A DNA stretch of 64,000 bases, taken from positions 13,456 through 77,455 of the forward strand of contig VGTH01000021.1 in the NCBI GenBank assembly GCA_016874755.1. The letters are read 5' to 3'. The position numbers and the translations under genes are program-made. The notes beneath the pieces were generated by a model, which was given only the letters and a program-made list of their open reading frames with translations, ran no database searches and was not told the DNA's origin. Every line of letters starts with the position of its first letter. Within the stretch, counting starts at the first letter, position 1. Shown piece after piece: positions 1-10,110 of the stretch. Source of the DNA: Deltaproteobacteria bacterium (lineage in GTDB: Bacteria > Desulfobacterota > Binatia > UBA9968).

Positions 1-5
1 TGAGA

Positions 6-1022
6 ATGCAGGTCTACTACGATCGTGATGCTGACTTGGGTGTGCTGCGGGGAAAGAAGGTTGCGGTGATGGGTTATGGCAGCCAAGGGCATGCGCACGC
101 CAATAATTTGAGAGATTCGGGCGTCGAGGTCGTCGTTGGTTTGCGCAAAGGCAGCAGCTCATGGCCCAAGGCGGAAAATGCCGGTCTCAAGGTTCTGGAA
201 ACTGCTGACGCGGCTGTGGCAGCCGACATCGTCATGATCTTGTTGCCGGATGAGTTACAGGGTGAGGCCTACGAGAAAGAGATTCGGCCGGGTCTCAAAA
301 TGGGAAACTCGCTGGCTTTTGGACACGGCTTTAACATTCATTTCAAACGAGTGGTGGCCCCGCCGGATGTCAATGTGTTCATGGTGGCGCCTAAGGGGCC
401 GGGCCATCTGGTGCGCAGCGAATACCAGAAAGGCCGCGGTGTCCCATGCCTCTTGGCCGTGCATCAAGACCCGTCGGGCGACACCAAGAAAGTCGGCTTG
501 GCTTACGCCAGCGCCATTGGCGGTGCCCGCGCAGCGGTGATTGAGACCACGTTCAAGGACGAAACCGAAACCGATCTCTTTGGCGAACAGTCGGTGCTGT
601 GCGGCGGCTTGTGCGCGTTGATCCAGGCCGGCTACGAAACCTTAGTAAACGCCGGCTATCCGCCCGAGATGGCCTATTTCGAATGCGTGCACGAGGTGAA
701 ACTGATCGTCGATTTGATCTACGAGGGCGGCATGGCCAACATGCGCTACTCGATCAGCAACACCGCCGAATACGGCGACTTGACCCGCGGCAAGCGCGTC
801 ATCGGACCGGAAGTGCGCCAGGCGATGCAGACGATTCTCAAAGACATTCAGTCGGGCAAGTTCGCCGAAGAATGGATCAACGAATACAAGGCTGGCATGC
901 CGCACTTCACCGAGCTGCGCAAAGAAGCGGCGAATCATCCGCTGGAAAAAGTCGGCGCCGGCTTGCGCGAAATGATGCCCTGGTTGGGGCAAAACCGGCT
1001 GGTCGACAAGAGCAAGAACTAG
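6..1022 (+). CDS. ilvC: Ketol-acid reductoisomerase (class I KARI)
   Basis: 338-aa ORF with an N-terminal Rossmann motif [19 protein letters not shown] and the typical KARI C-terminal knotted domain. ATG at position 6. Confidence 0.95.
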   Translation: MQVYYDRDADLGVLRGKKVAVMGYGSQGHAHANNLRDSGVEVVVGLRKGSSSWPKAENAGLKVLETADAAVAADIVMILLPDELQGEAYEKEIRPGLKMGNSLAFGHGFNIHFKRVVAPPDVNVFMVAPKGPGHLVRSEYQKGRGVPCLLAVHQDPSGDTKKVGLAYASAIGGARAAVIETTFKDETETDLFGEQSVLCGGLCALIQAGYETLVNAGYPPEMAYFECVHEVKLIVDLIYEGGMANMRYSISNTAEYGDLTRGKRVIGPEVRQAMQTILKDIQSGKFAEEWINEYKAGMPHFTELRKEAANHPLEKVGAGLREMMPWLGQNRLVDKSKN

Positions 1023-1056
1023 TTCGGGTTGCGACGCGTGGAAGATTTCGATTTAC

Positions 1057-1686
1057 ATGTCTATTGCGCGCGAAGGATTTCCACTGATCGCGGCCGCGCT
1101 GGCGCTGGCGCTGGTGGCATTTCTCTTAGGCTGGTGGATTGCGGCTTGGGGTTTCGCGTTATTGGCGCTGGCGATCACCGGGTTTTTTCGCGACCCGGAG
1201 CGCGTCATTCCGTCGACCAAAGGGGTGATTGTCTCGCCGGCGGACGGTAAAGTCGTGAGTATTGCGGCGGTGGACAGCGATCCGTTGTTTACCGAAGCGG
1301 CAACCCGGGTCAGTATTTTTCTTTCGCCGGTGGATGTTCACATCAATCGCGTGCCAGCGGCGGGTCGAATCGAAGCTGTGAAATATCAAAGCGGCAAATT
1401 TCTCGCGGCGTACAAAGCCGAAGCATCCCGTCAAAATGAACAGAATGCCGTCATGCTTTCCACCGAGCAAGGCCAGCAACTGGGTGTCGTGCAGATTGCC
1501 GGTTGGTTGGCGCGGCGTATCGTCTGCCATGCCAAGCAGGGCGAGCGCTACGCGCAGGGTGATCGCTTCGGATTGATCATGTTCGGTTCGCGCACGGATA
1601 CCTATCTGCCGAAGGGTTGCAAAGTCGAGGTCGTTGAGGGACAGCGGGTCAAAGGCGGCGAAACCGTGCTCGGGAGGTTTGTATGA
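1057..1686 (+). CDS. psd: Phosphatidylserine decarboxylase proenzyme (short type)
   Basis: 209 aa with N-terminal TM segments and an MFGSRTD self-cleavage (G-S) motif near the C-terminus. Overlaps pssA by 4 nt (ATGA). Confidence 0.85.
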   Translation: MSIAREGFPLIAAALALALVAFLLGWWIAAWGFALLALAITGFFRDPERVIPSTKGVIVSPADGKVVSIAAVDSDPLFTEAATRVSIFLSPVDVHINRVPAAGRIEAVKYQSGKFLAAYKAEASRQNEQNAVMLSTEQGQQLGVVQIAGWLARRIVCHAKQGERYAQGDRFGLIMFGSRTDTYLPKGCKVEVVEGQRVKGGETVLGRFV

Positions 1687-2540
1687 GTGCGATGAATGCG
1701 CAAGATCCCGAATCCTTTGCTACCAGGAGCAAAGTCCGTCTATTGCAACGGCGCACCCGGCCGCGCACGCCGCTGCGTCAGCGCGTGCCGGCGGAAAAAC
1801 TGCGCATGGGGGTTTACCTCATTCCGAGTTTGTTCACGGCGGGCAATCTCATCTGCGGCTTTTTCTCGCTGATCTCGACGTTCCATGGCGATTACCTGCA
1901 TGCCACTTACTTTATCATCATTGCCAACATCCTCGACGGCCTCGATGGCTACGCCGCCCGCCTGACTCGCTCCACCAGCCAATTTGGCGTCGAGTTTGAC
2001 TCGCTGGCGGACGTGGTTTCCTTTGGTGTGGCGCCGGCGGTGTTGGTGTATTTTTGGGCGTTGGTCCCCTGGGGCACGTGGGGTTGGCTGGCCGCCGGCA
2101 CGTTCGTCGTTTGCGGCGCGCTGCGGCTGTCGCGCTTTAACGTCCAGAGCACTGGGCCGTCAAAAGGACATTTCGTTGGTTTGCCAATTCCCGCAGCGGC
2201 CGAGATGATTGCCGCCATCGTCATCATGTACTACTTTTTGGGGGGCGCAGGGGCGCCGCACAAAGGAATCACTCTGCTGCTGGCCATTTATGGGTTGGCG
2301 TTATTGATGGTTAGTAGCTTTCCCTATTTTAGCTTGAAGAATAAAGACCTGCGCAAGCGGCTGCCTTTTTGGATTTTGGTTTCCGGCATCGTTTTGATTA
2401 CACTCTTCATTGCTGAGCCGCAGATCATGTTCTTTACGTTATTCTTATCATACACGTTATCCGGGCCTTTATTATGGTGCTTCACTACGTACAAGCACCG
2501 GCGGGAGAGGAGACGGGAGATGACCCCAGCGTCGTCTTGA
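1683..2540 (+). CDS. pssA: CDP-diacylglycerol--serine O-phosphatidyltransferase
   Basis: Exact CDP-alcohol phosphatidyltransferase motif DG-YA-AR-x8-G-x3-D-x3-D (DGYAARLTRSTSQFGVEFDSLAD). Multi-TM protein. Confidence 0.85.
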   Translation: MSAMNAQDPESFATRSKVRLLQRRTRPRTPLRQRVPAEKLRMGVYLIPSLFTAGNLICGFFSLISTFHGDYLHATYFIIIANILDGLDGYAARLTRSTSQFGVEFDSLADVVSFGVAPAVLVYFWALVPWGTWGWLAAGTFVVCGALRLSRFNVQSTGPSKGHFVGLPIPAAAEMIAAIVIMYYFLGGAGAPHKGITLLLAIYGLALLMVSSFPYFSLKNKDLRKRLPFWILVSGIVLITLFIAEPQIMFFTLFLSYTLSGPLLWCFTTYKHRRERRREMTPASS

Positions 2541-2565
2541 GCCCCGGCTCTACAAAGAGACAGAC

Positions 2566-2601
2566 AAACTCCCGTTGGCCATGCCGCGGGAGTTTTCGTT
2601 T
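2566..2601 (+). terminator. Candidate intrinsic terminator between pssA and leuA
   Basis: AAACTCCCG (2566-2574) pairs with CGGGAGTTT (2587-2595), with an inner GGC/GCC pairing, followed by TCGTTT. Confidence 0.4.
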
Positions 2602-2642
2602 CTAGGCAGGGCTGGCGGATCAACGGTGGAGGAGATTTTCCA

Positions 2643-4199
2643 ATGAGCACAGAGAATACGGTACAAATTTTTGACACGACGCTGCGCGACGGCGAGCAGT
2701 CGCCGGGCGCGAGCATGACAGTGGAACAGAAGGTCGTCATCGCGCGCCAGCTCGAAAAGCTCGGCGTCGATGTCATCGAAGCGGGGTTTGCCGCATCGTC
2801 GGAAGGGGATTTTGAATCGGTGCGCCGGGTCTGCCGGGAGGTGCGCAAGCCGCGCGTCGTGAGCCTGGCGCGGGCCCAAGAGGGCGACATAACGAGAGCA
2901 TTGAAAGCCGTCGAGCCGGCCAAAAACCCGGGCATTCACACGTTTATCGCAACCTCGGACATTCACCTGAAGCACAAGCTGCGCATGACCCGCGAGCAGG
3001 TGATCGAAGCGGCGGTGGCGGCGGTGACGTTTGCCAAGAAGCACACCGACTACGTCGAGTTTTCCGCTGAAGACGCTTCGCGCAGCGATCCGGAGTTTTT
3101 GATGCAAATCTTTCGTGAGGTGATTCGCGCCGGCGCGCGCACGATCAACGTGCCGGACACGACCGGTTACGCGATCCCCTCGGAGTTTGGCGCGTTGATC
3201 GCCAATTTGATCGAGCGCACCGCGGGCGGCGACCGCGTGATTTGGAGTGCGCACTGTCACAACGATTTGGGGTTGGCGGTGGCGAACTCGCTGGCGGCGG
3301 TGCACAATGGCGCGCGGCAGATCGAGTGCACGATTAACGGCATCGGCGAGCGCGCCGGCAACACCTCATTGGAAGAAGTCGTCATGGCGCTGCGCACGCG
3401 CAAGAATTATTTGAACCTGGACACCAACGTCATCAGCGAGCAGCTCTACCCGAGCTCGCGTTTGCTTTCGCAGGTGACCGGCATTGCGATTCCCATCAAC
3501 AAGCCGATCGTTGGCGATAACGCCTTTGCCCACGAAGCCGGCATTCACCAAGACGGCGTGTTGAAGTACAAACAGACCTACGAGATCATGACGCCGGAGT
3601 CCATCGGCATTCCCGGCAATCGCTTGGTGTTGGGCAAGCACTCGGGGCGGCACGCATTCGACGAGCGGCTCAAGCACTTGGGCTTTAATCTCAACCGCGA
3701 CGACATGAACCGCGCCTTCGTGCGCTTTAAAGAGCTGGCGGACAAAAAGAAAAACGTCTACGACGAAGATATCGAAGCGATCGTCGCCGAAGAAATCTTG
3801 CGCGTGCCCGGGCGGCCGGATAAGTACGCGTTGCTTTATCTAAACGTAAACTCAAGCTCCGACGGCATTCCCTCGGCGACGATTAAGATGCGCGTCGAGG
3901 ATCAGGAAAAAATGGACTACGCCAACGGCGACGGCGCCGTCGACGCTTGCTACAAAGTGATTACCAAGATCACCGGCTCGCAGTCGCAGCTGGTGCGCTA
4001 CTCGGTCAACGCGATTACCAGCGGCACCGACGCGCAGGGCGAAGTGGCTTGTTTGATCGAAGACGATGGCATTCGTGTGTCGGGCCAGGGCTCGCACACC
4101 GACGTCATCATGGCGAGCGCTTTGGCTTACGTGAACGCGCTCAACAAATTGGAAGGACGTAAACACTATCGGCAGGTGGTGGAGAAAGAGGGACCATGA
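2643..4199 (+). CDS. leuA: 2-isopropylmalate synthase
   Basis: 518 aa with N-terminal [14 protein letters not shown], a [14 protein letters not shown] metal site and a C-terminal LeuA dimerisation/regulatory domain. Confidence 0.95.
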   Translation: MSTENTVQIFDTTLRDGEQSPGASMTVEQKVVIARQLEKLGVDVIEAGFAASSEGDFESVRRVCREVRKPRVVSLARAQEGDITRALKAVEPAKNPGIHTFIATSDIHLKHKLRMTREQVIEAAVAAVTFAKKHTDYVEFSAEDASRSDPEFLMQIFREVIRAGARTINVPDTTGYAIPSEFGALIANLIERTAGGDRVIWSAHCHNDLGLAVANSLAAVHNGARQIECTINGIGERAGNTSLEEVVMALRTRKNYLNLDTNVISEQLYPSSRLLSQVTGIAIPINKPIVGDNAFAHEAGIHQDGVLKYKQTYEIMTPESIGIPGNRLVLGKHSGRHAFDERLKHLGFNLNRDDMNRAFVRFKELADKKKNVYDEDIEAIVAEEILRVPGRPDKYALLYLNVNSSSDGIPSATIKMRVEDQEKMDYANGDGAVDACYKVITKITGSQSQLVRYSVNAITSGTDAQGEVACLIEDDGIRVSGQGSHTDVIMASALAYVNALNKLEGRKHYRQVVEKEGP

Positions 4200-5287
4200 A
4201 CTACAAGATTGCAGTTTTGCCGGGCGACGGCATCGGCCCGGAGGTGATGGGTGAGGGCACTGCGGTGCTCAACCAAGTCGCCAAGATTTACGGCTTTGGG
4301 ATTGCATTGGAAAATAGCATCGTCGGCGGCGCGTCAATCGACGCCCATGGCAAGCCGCTTACCGATCCGGTCTTGAATTTGGCCAAAAGCAGCGACGCTG
4401 TGTTGCTTGGCGCCATGGGCGGACCGAAGTGGGACGGGCTCGATTATTCGATCCGGCCCGAACGCGCGCTGTTGGCGTTGCGCCAAGAGTTGGGACTCTT
4501 CGCGAATTTACGACCGGTGAAATTATTTTCCGCGTTGGCGTCCGCGTCGACGTTGAAAAAAGAAGTTGTCGAAGGCACGGACTTGTTGGTCGTGCGTGAA
4601 TTAACCGGCGGCATCTATTTCGGTCAACCTAAAGGCGTGACCAAACTGCCGGACGGCACCGAGCGCGGCGTCAATACCGAAGTCTACACCACGCCGGAGA
4701 TCGAGCGCATCGCCCACGTCGCGTTCCAAGCGGCGCAGCAGCGGCGCAAGAAGGTGACGTCGGTCGACAAAGCCAACGTCCTCGAAGTGACTGAGCTGTG
4801 GCGCAAAGTGGTCACGCGCATTCACAAAGACGAGGGCTATGCCGGCATTCAGCTCGAACATATGCTGGTCGACAACTGCGCCATGCAATTGATCCGCAAT
4901 CCGAAGCAGTTCGACGTCGTGGTCACGACCAATATGTTCGGCGATATTTTGAGCGATGAAGCGGCGATGTTGACCGGATCGATCGGCATGCTGCCGTCGG
5001 CGAGCCTGGGCGGCAAAGTCGGCATGTACGAGCCGGTGCACGGCAGTGCGCCAGACATCACCGGGCAGGACAAAGCCAACCCGTTGGCGACGATCTTGAG
5101 CGTTGCCATGATGCTGCGCCATTCGTTGGACCAGGGCACGGCGGCGGACCGCATCGAGAAGGCCGTCGAAGATGTCCTCAACGAGGGGTTTCGCACCGCC
5201 GATATTCAAGAGGCCGGTTGCAAGCTGGTCGGCTGCAAACAAATGGGCCAGCTGGTGCGCGACAAGATTGAAAAAGCCAAAGGATGA
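4196..5287 (+). CDS. leuB: 3-isopropylmalate dehydrogenase
   Basis: 363 aa with [14 protein letters not shown] at the N-terminus and the [25 protein letters not shown] signature. 4-nt ATGA overlap with leuA. Confidence 0.95.
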   Translation: MNYKIAVLPGDGIGPEVMGEGTAVLNQVAKIYGFGIALENSIVGGASIDAHGKPLTDPVLNLAKSSDAVLLGAMGGPKWDGLDYSIRPERALLALRQELGLFANLRPVKLFSALASASTLKKEVVEGTDLLVVRELTGGIYFGQPKGVTKLPDGTERGVNTEVYTTPEIERIAHVAFQAAQQRRKKVTSVDKANVLEVTELWRKVVTRIHKDEGYAGIQLEHMLVDNCAMQLIRNPKQFDVVVTTNMFGDILSDEAAMLTGSIGMLPSASLGGKVGMYEPVHGSAPDITGQDKANPLATILSVAMMLRHSLDQGTAADRIEKAVEDVLNEGFRTADIQEAGCKLVGCKQMGQLVRDKIEKAKG

Positions 5288-5290
5288 TTT

Positions 5291-6313
5291 GTGAAGAAAG
5301 AAAAGTATAACGTCGCCGTCGTCGGCGCCACCGGCGCGGTCGGCGAGCAGATGCGCGAAGTCTTGGAAGAGCGCCAGTTCCCAGTCGGTGAGCTGCGCTT
5401 GTTGGCTTCTGAGCGTTCGGCGGGACAGTTTCTGCCGTTTCAAAGCAAGCAGATTCGCGTCGATGTTTTGAACGAAGATTCGTTTAAGGATATCGACATC
5501 GGTTTATTCTCGGCGGGCGGCAGCGTCAGCACCAAGTTTGCGCCGTTGGCTGTGACAGCCGGCGCGGTGGTAGTGGATAATACGTCAGTGTTTCGCATGG
5601 AACCGGATATCCCACTGGTCGTACCTGAGGTTAACGCGCAAGAAATTGCCAACTATAAAGCCCGCGGTATTGTCGCCAACCCCAACTGCTCGACCATCCA
5701 GATGGTGGTGGCGTTGAAGCCGATCCACGATGCGGCGTGCATCAAGCGCATTGTCGTGTCGACGTACCAATCGGTCTCCGGCGCAGGGCGCCAGGCCATG
5801 GAAGAGTTGAGCCAGCAAGTGGGTGCGTTGTTTAACGGTCGGGAGTTGAAGAAGGAAAAATTTCCGCACCAGATCGCTTTTAATTGTATTCCACACATCG
5901 ATGTCTTCACGGAAGGCGGCTACACCAAAGAAGAGTGGAAGATGATCCACGAGACCCGCAAGATTTTAGGCGAGCCAAACTTGCCGGTGACGGCAACAAC
6001 GGTGCGCGTGCCGGTGTTTTGCAGCCATTCGGAGTCGGTGAATGTCGAGACCGCGGTGAAGCTATCGGCGGCGGAAACTAAAAAGATCCTGCGCGACGCC
6101 CCGGGCGTGATTGTCGCTGATGAGCCGGAGCAAAACATTTACCCCATGGCCGTGGAAGCCACCGGCAAGGACGCGACTTACGTCGGACGCATTCGCGAAG
6201 ACAACTCAGTCGCCAATGGCCTAAACTTGTGGGTTGTCGCCGACAACCTGCGCAAAGGCGCGGCGCTCAACGCGGTGCAGATCGCGGAAATCCTAGTGCG
6301 CGATTATCTGTAG
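5291..6313 (+). CDS. asd: Aspartate-semialdehyde dehydrogenase
   Basis: 340 aa, GTG start. VVGATGAVG NADP motif and an active-site NPNCSTI Cys motif. Confidence 0.93.
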   Translation: MKKEKYNVAVVGATGAVGEQMREVLEERQFPVGELRLLASERSAGQFLPFQSKQIRVDVLNEDSFKDIDIGLFSAGGSVSTKFAPLAVTAGAVVVDNTSVFRMEPDIPLVVPEVNAQEIANYKARGIVANPNCSTIQMVVALKPIHDAACIKRIVVSTYQSVSGAGRQAMEELSQQVGALFNGRELKKEKFPHQIAFNCIPHIDVFTEGGYTKEEWKMIHETRKILGEPNLPVTATTVRVPVFCSHSESVNVETAVKLSAAETKKILRDAPGVIVADEPEQNIYPMAVEATGKDATYVGRIREDNSVANGLNLWVVADNLRKGAALNAVQIAEILVRDYL

Positions 6314-6323
6314 ATCGATGATT

Positions 6324-6380
6324 TAACCGCAAAGTAGGCAAAGAACGCAAAGATTGTAGGCGGCGACCGGCTGGTCGCCC
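6324..6380. repeat. GCAAAG-type intergenic repeat with GC hairpin
   Basis: AACCGCAAAGTAGGCAAAGAACGCAAAG is followed by the hairpin GGCGACC-GGCT-GGTCGCC (6361-6378). Same architecture as the elements at 17180, 28421, 41654 and 58300. Confidence 0.5.
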
Positions 6381-6408
6381 GGATTCCAAAACGCCAAACG
6401 TTCTTGCT

Positions 6409-7140
6409 GTGAACATCAAGCTGATCGTCGAGTACGACGGCACGCGCTACCACGGTTGGCAGACCCAGCCCAACACGGCGACGATCCAAGAAACGCTCGA
6501 AAAAGCGATTTCGACGTTTCTCGGCACGCCGACAAAAGTCACCGGCTCCGGGCGCACCGACGCCGGTGTGCACGCCCTTGGCCAAGTCGTCAACTTTCAC
6601 TGCGAACGGGAGTATACGCCGCACCGCATGCGCCGCGCATTGAATGCGCTCACACCCGAAGATATCACAATCAAAGAAGTTGAAGTGGTCCCAGAAGAGT
6701 TCGATGCGCGGCGCGATGGCCGCTGCCGAGTCTACGAGTATTGGATACTCAACCGCCCGACCGCTTCGCCGTTCTACTTAAATCGCGCTTTGCACGTACA
6801 CGAGCCGCTGGATGTCGCAGCGATGCAACACGCCATCGAATGCCTGGTTGGCAAACACGATTTCTCATCGTTTCGCGCCGCCGGGTGCGACGCACTGAGC
6901 CCCGTCCGCGAGGTCTATCAAATTTCCTTAAAAAAGCGCGGCGAGCTCTGGGTCTTTCGCATCGAGGCGACCGCGTTTCTGCGCCACATGGTGCGCAACA
7001 TCATCGGCACTCTGCTTGAAGTTGGCCGCGGCGCGCGTACCGTCGAAAATTTTTCTCGGCTTCTGGTCAACCGCGACCGAACTCAAGCTGGCCCGACAGC
7101 CACCCCGCAGGGGCTCTACTTGGTCGAAGTAAGATACTAA
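6409..7140 (+). CDS. truA: tRNA pseudouridine(38-40) synthase
   Basis: 243 aa, GTG start. YDGTRYHGWQ and the catalytic-Asp motif GSGRTDAGVHALGQV. Confidence 0.9.
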   Translation: MNIKLIVEYDGTRYHGWQTQPNTATIQETLEKAISTFLGTPTKVTGSGRTDAGVHALGQVVNFHCEREYTPHRMRRALNALTPEDITIKEVEVVPEEFDARRDGRCRVYEYWILNRPTASPFYLNRALHVHEPLDVAAMQHAIECLVGKHDFSSFRAAGCDALSPVREVYQISLKKRGELWVFRIEATAFLRHMVRNIIGTLLEVGRGARTVENFSRLLVNRDRTQAGPTATPQGLYLVEVRY

Positions 7141-7151
7141 GGATATCCTAC

Positions 7152-7172
7152 GCGCGAAGCCCCGCGCTTTTT
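7152..7172 (+). terminator. Candidate intrinsic terminator after truA
   Basis: GCGCG-AAGCCC-CGCGC hairpin followed by TTTTT. Confidence 0.5.
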
Positions 7173-7213
7173 CCAAAAAGCATTAGGCGCCGAACGTTTA
7201 TCCGTGCCGCGTC

Positions 7214-8317
7214 TTATTTGAGCAGATCGTTGGCCAGCTTGATCGCCTTGGGCCAGAGCTGCGTCAGCACTTCTTCGCTGGAGTTTTCGCGCTTCTGGTT
7301 CTCTTCGACGGAGAGAAAGTCTTTCGACGCGCGGGTGCCGAATTCGGCAAGCCATTTGGTGTCGACGTCGAGACGGCGCGTCGCTTGGCCCATGGCCTTG
7401 CCATAGGTCTCTTGGCCTTCTTTGCTAAGCAGCCAGTTGACGAAAAGCCGGGTGCCGTGGGGCTGGTCGGAATTTCGCACCACCGAGAGCGCGCCGCTGC
7501 CGCTGCTGGTGTAGCTGCCTTCCTTCGGTTCGTGCAGCGGTTTGATTGGCAGATTGGCTTTGATGAAAGGCGCCAGCGTGTAGTAGGTGAGGCCGATGGT
7601 GATGGCGAAGCGCCCTTTGGCGAGGCTCTCGCCGAGCAGCCGTTGATCGCGGCTCAGAAACGGTTCTTGGCCGGCGAACTTGCGGAGAAACTCTTCGCCT
7701 TTGACCTTGTACCAAAATGACCAGGTCGATGTGCCGCCGCCCGCCGAGCGCGGGTCGAGCATGCCGAGTTTACCTTTCCATTTAGGATGCAAAAGATCGT
7801 CGAAGGAGCGAAACTCGTCGCCTCTCATGAGCTGCGTGTTGTACCAGAGATTCTCCGATTGGTAGGCCTGAAAGGAATAGAGAAAGCGCTTGCCCGTGTC
7901 GGCCCAGACATGGCCGCCATACCAGCGCTTGGGATCTTTGACTTCGGGGAGAGCGAACAGCGGCTCGATCGGTTCGAGGATGCCGGCGTTGAGCAGGCTT
8001 AGCGGCGTCAAGCTGCCGCTGATCAAGGCGTCGTAGTAGCGCACGCCGGCGGCATGTTCGGCAGCGATCTTGCTCGCATTGGTGGCCCCGCGCGCCGTGG
8101 AAATTTCCAGCTCGACGCCGGGAAAACGTCTGGCAAAAGCGCTTTCGAGGCTCTTCCGCAATTCCGCGCTGGCCGGCACGCCTACGACGACTTTGCCTTC
8201 TTTCCTGGCCGCTTCCACCGTCTTGTCCCAATCGGATTGGGCACCCGCGAGGGTTGCGCCGACAACGAGCAGGAACAACGACGAGAGTGAGACAATAACA
8301 TCTTTCATTTGCGGCAT
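7214..8317 (-). CDS. ABC transporter periplasmic substrate-binding protein (Fe3+/thiamine-type family)
   Basis: 367 aa with a signal peptide. Shares the family-wide blocks WDKTVEAARKEGKVVV, GLTYYTLAPFIKANLPIKP and FVNWLLSKEGQE with the paralogs at 8360, 28590 and 29746. Confidence 0.8.
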   Translation of the reverse strand: MPQMKDVIVSLSSLFLLVVGATLAGAQSDWDKTVEAARKEGKVVVGVPASAELRKSLESAFARRFPGVELEISTARGATNASKIAAEHAAGVRYYDALISGSLTPLSLLNAGILEPIEPLFALPEVKDPKRWYGGHVWADTGKRFLYSFQAYQSENLWYNTQLMRGDEFRSFDDLLHPKWKGKLGMLDPRSAGGGTSTWSFWYKVKGEEFLRKFAGQEPFLSRDQRLLGESLAKGRFAITIGLTYYTLAPFIKANLPIKPLHEPKEGSYTSSGSGALSVVRNSDQPHGTRLFVNWLLSKEGQETYGKAMGQATRRLDVDTKWLAEFGTRASKDFLSVEENQKRENSSEEVLTQLWPKAIKLANDLLK

Positions 8318-8359
8318 CTGTGCTCCGATGGTTGATGGTGTGCCGTTGGACGAGTCGCG

Positions 8360-9481
8360 TTATCTAAAAACTTCTTCGGCTATCTTCGCCGACCGCGCCC
8401 AATACTTGCCGACGGTTTCTTCGCCGTAGTTCTCGCGCCGCTCGTTTTCTTCGACGGTCAAAAAGTCCTTCGACGCGCGCACGCCATGCTCGACCATCCA
8501 CTTGGTGTCGACGTCCAAGCGGCGTGTGGCTTGGCCCATGGCTTTGCCGTAGATTTCTTGGCCCTCTTTGCTGAGTAGCCAATTGACGAAGACTTTGGTC
8601 GCGTTGGGGTGGGGCGAGTTCTTCATGATGGACGTCGCGCTGCTGCCGCAGCTTGTGTAGGTGCCTTCTTTCATCTCAGGCAGTGGCTTGACCGGCAGAC
8701 CAGCCTTTAGAAAAGGCGAGAACGTGTAGTAGGTCAGGCCGATGGTGATCGCGGTTTTGCCCTTGGCAAGGCTGTCGGCCAGTTGCCGCTGATCGCGCGA
8801 CAGAAACATTTCCTGCGCCGCGAGTTTCTTGAGCCACTCTTCGCCTTTGATCTTGAGAAAAAACGCCCAGGTCGCGGTGCCCGCGCCGACGCTGCGTGGA
8901 TCGAGAATGCCGATCTTGCCCCTGAATTTTGGCAGCAGGAGATCGTCATAGGAGCGTATCTCTTCGATTTTTATCAGTGTCGGGTTATGCCAGATGTTTT
9001 CCGACTGGTAGACCTGAAAGGCGTAGATGAATTTTTTCGCGTTGTCAAGCCAGATGTGGCCGCCGAACCAGCGCTTGGGATCTCTGACTTCATGAAGGAT
9101 CATAAAGGGCTCGGCGGGTTCGAGTATGCCGGCGTGGAGCAAACTGAACGGCGTCGATGTGCCGCTGATCAACAGGTCGAAATAACGGACGCCGGCCGCA
9201 TGTTCGGATGCGATCTTGCTCGCGTTTGCAGGCCCGCGTGCGTTGGTCAGATCGAGCTCTATTCCCGGGTAGCGCTTGGGAAAAACTTCGGTGATTGCTT
9301 TGCGTAGCTCCGCGCTGGCGGGGATCGCGGCGACGAGCTTGCCTTCTTTCTTGGCGGCTTCCACGGTTTTTCCCCATTCGCTGGGCGACGTCGAGCGAAC
9401 GTCAGCGGCGAAGGCAAGGTCGAACCCGAAATAAATTGCTGCCGACAGACAAAGCAAAAACAGTTTTTCCATCATACCCAC
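8360..9481 (-). CDS. ABC transporter substrate-binding protein, tandem paralog
   Basis: 373 aa with a signal peptide. Colinear with the 7214-8317 product over its full length. Confidence 0.8.
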   Translation of the reverse strand: MGMMEKLFLLCLSAAIYFGFDLAFAADVRSTSPSEWGKTVEAAKKEGKLVAAIPASAELRKAITEVFPKRYPGIELDLTNARGPANASKIASEHAAGVRYFDLLISGTSTPFSLLHAGILEPAEPFMILHEVRDPKRWFGGHIWLDNAKKFIYAFQVYQSENIWHNPTLIKIEEIRSYDDLLLPKFRGKIGILDPRSVGAGTATWAFFLKIKGEEWLKKLAAQEMFLSRDQRQLADSLAKGKTAITIGLTYYTFSPFLKAGLPVKPLPEMKEGTYTSCGSSATSIMKNSPHPNATKVFVNWLLSKEGQEIYGKAMGQATRRLDVDTKWMVEHGVRASKDFLTVEENERRENYGEETVGKYWARSAKIAEEVFR

Positions 9482-9789
9482 TCCGCTGAGTCAGTTGGAT
9501 TCACTGTTAGTAGGGTAAAATCAGTCTCGGCGAAAGCATTTTCAAAGCCGTGTGGCATTAGTTGATCTGCGCTGGCTTTCGCGTTTTCTGGCGAAACTAT
9601 AAGCGGCGAGCTCAAGGCCGACGATTTCGAATTCTTCGACGCCTCGCGCAGTCTGCCTTCACCGGCGCTTCCGTAAAGAACAATGGACTTCAGCTCATCG
9701 ACGAATGCTGCGTTGGCGGTGCCGATAAATTCCGTCAAAACGCGGGGAACTGGGGAGGGCAAGTCGGAGAGCGGGTCGGGATCGGTCAT
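9472..9789 (-). other. Possible nucleotidyltransferase-fold remnant
   Basis: From ATG 9789 the product reads MTDPDPL...IVLYGSAGEGRLREAS. The GS motif of the minimal NTase fold is present, but no following DxD, and the C-terminal half is unrecognisable. Confidence 0.25.
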
Positions 9790-9842
9790 ACAGCGCCTCC
9801 ATCGAATATCGCTTTTCGTTGATAGCCGGCGGAAAAAAGCTT

Positions 9843-10100
9843 TCAACCCTGCGTAGCGTTGACGCTGCTGCCGGGCTTTTTGAAGCGGCGTGAGTGGCGG
9901 CTCCATTCGCAGCCGCAGCTTTGGCAATGCCACTCGTTCATGCCTTCCCATTCCTCACGGTCGGCAAGCATAGCCTTACCCGCCTTGATGGCTTTTGCTT
10001 GAGCTCCGGTGGGAATACCGTGGACGACGGCGAGCAACTCCGCGGACCCACATTCGGGGCAGGCTTTGGTTTTACGGTTTTGAGTTCGGTGGCTGCGCAT
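9843..10100 (-). CDS. Small zinc-ribbon protein (hypothetical)
   Basis: 85 aa with two Cys pairs, CPEC and CQSCGC. Confidence 0.3.
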   Translation of the reverse strand: MRSHRTQNRKTKACPECGSAELLAVVHGIPTGAQAKAIKAGKAMLADREEWEGMNEWHCQSCGCEWSRHSRRFKKPGSSVNATQG

Positions 10101-10110
10101 GGGGTTAGTT

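Noticed and set aside
2582-2646. 22-codon ORF ([21 protein letters not shown]) ending in an ATGA overlap with leuA, as a possible leucine attenuation leader peptide
   Set aside because: It contains only one Leu codon and no Leu run. The hairpin lies mostly upstream of it, so it is better read as the pssA terminator.
4197-4199. Genome-wide reassignment of UGA (to Trp or Gly) as the explanation for the in-frame TGAs at 17019 and 18524
   Set aside because: Well-conserved genes such as leuA (4197-4199), psd (1684-1686) and the 17372 amidohydrolase terminate at TGA at their expected lengths. UGA is therefore a normal stop here, and any recoding must be local.
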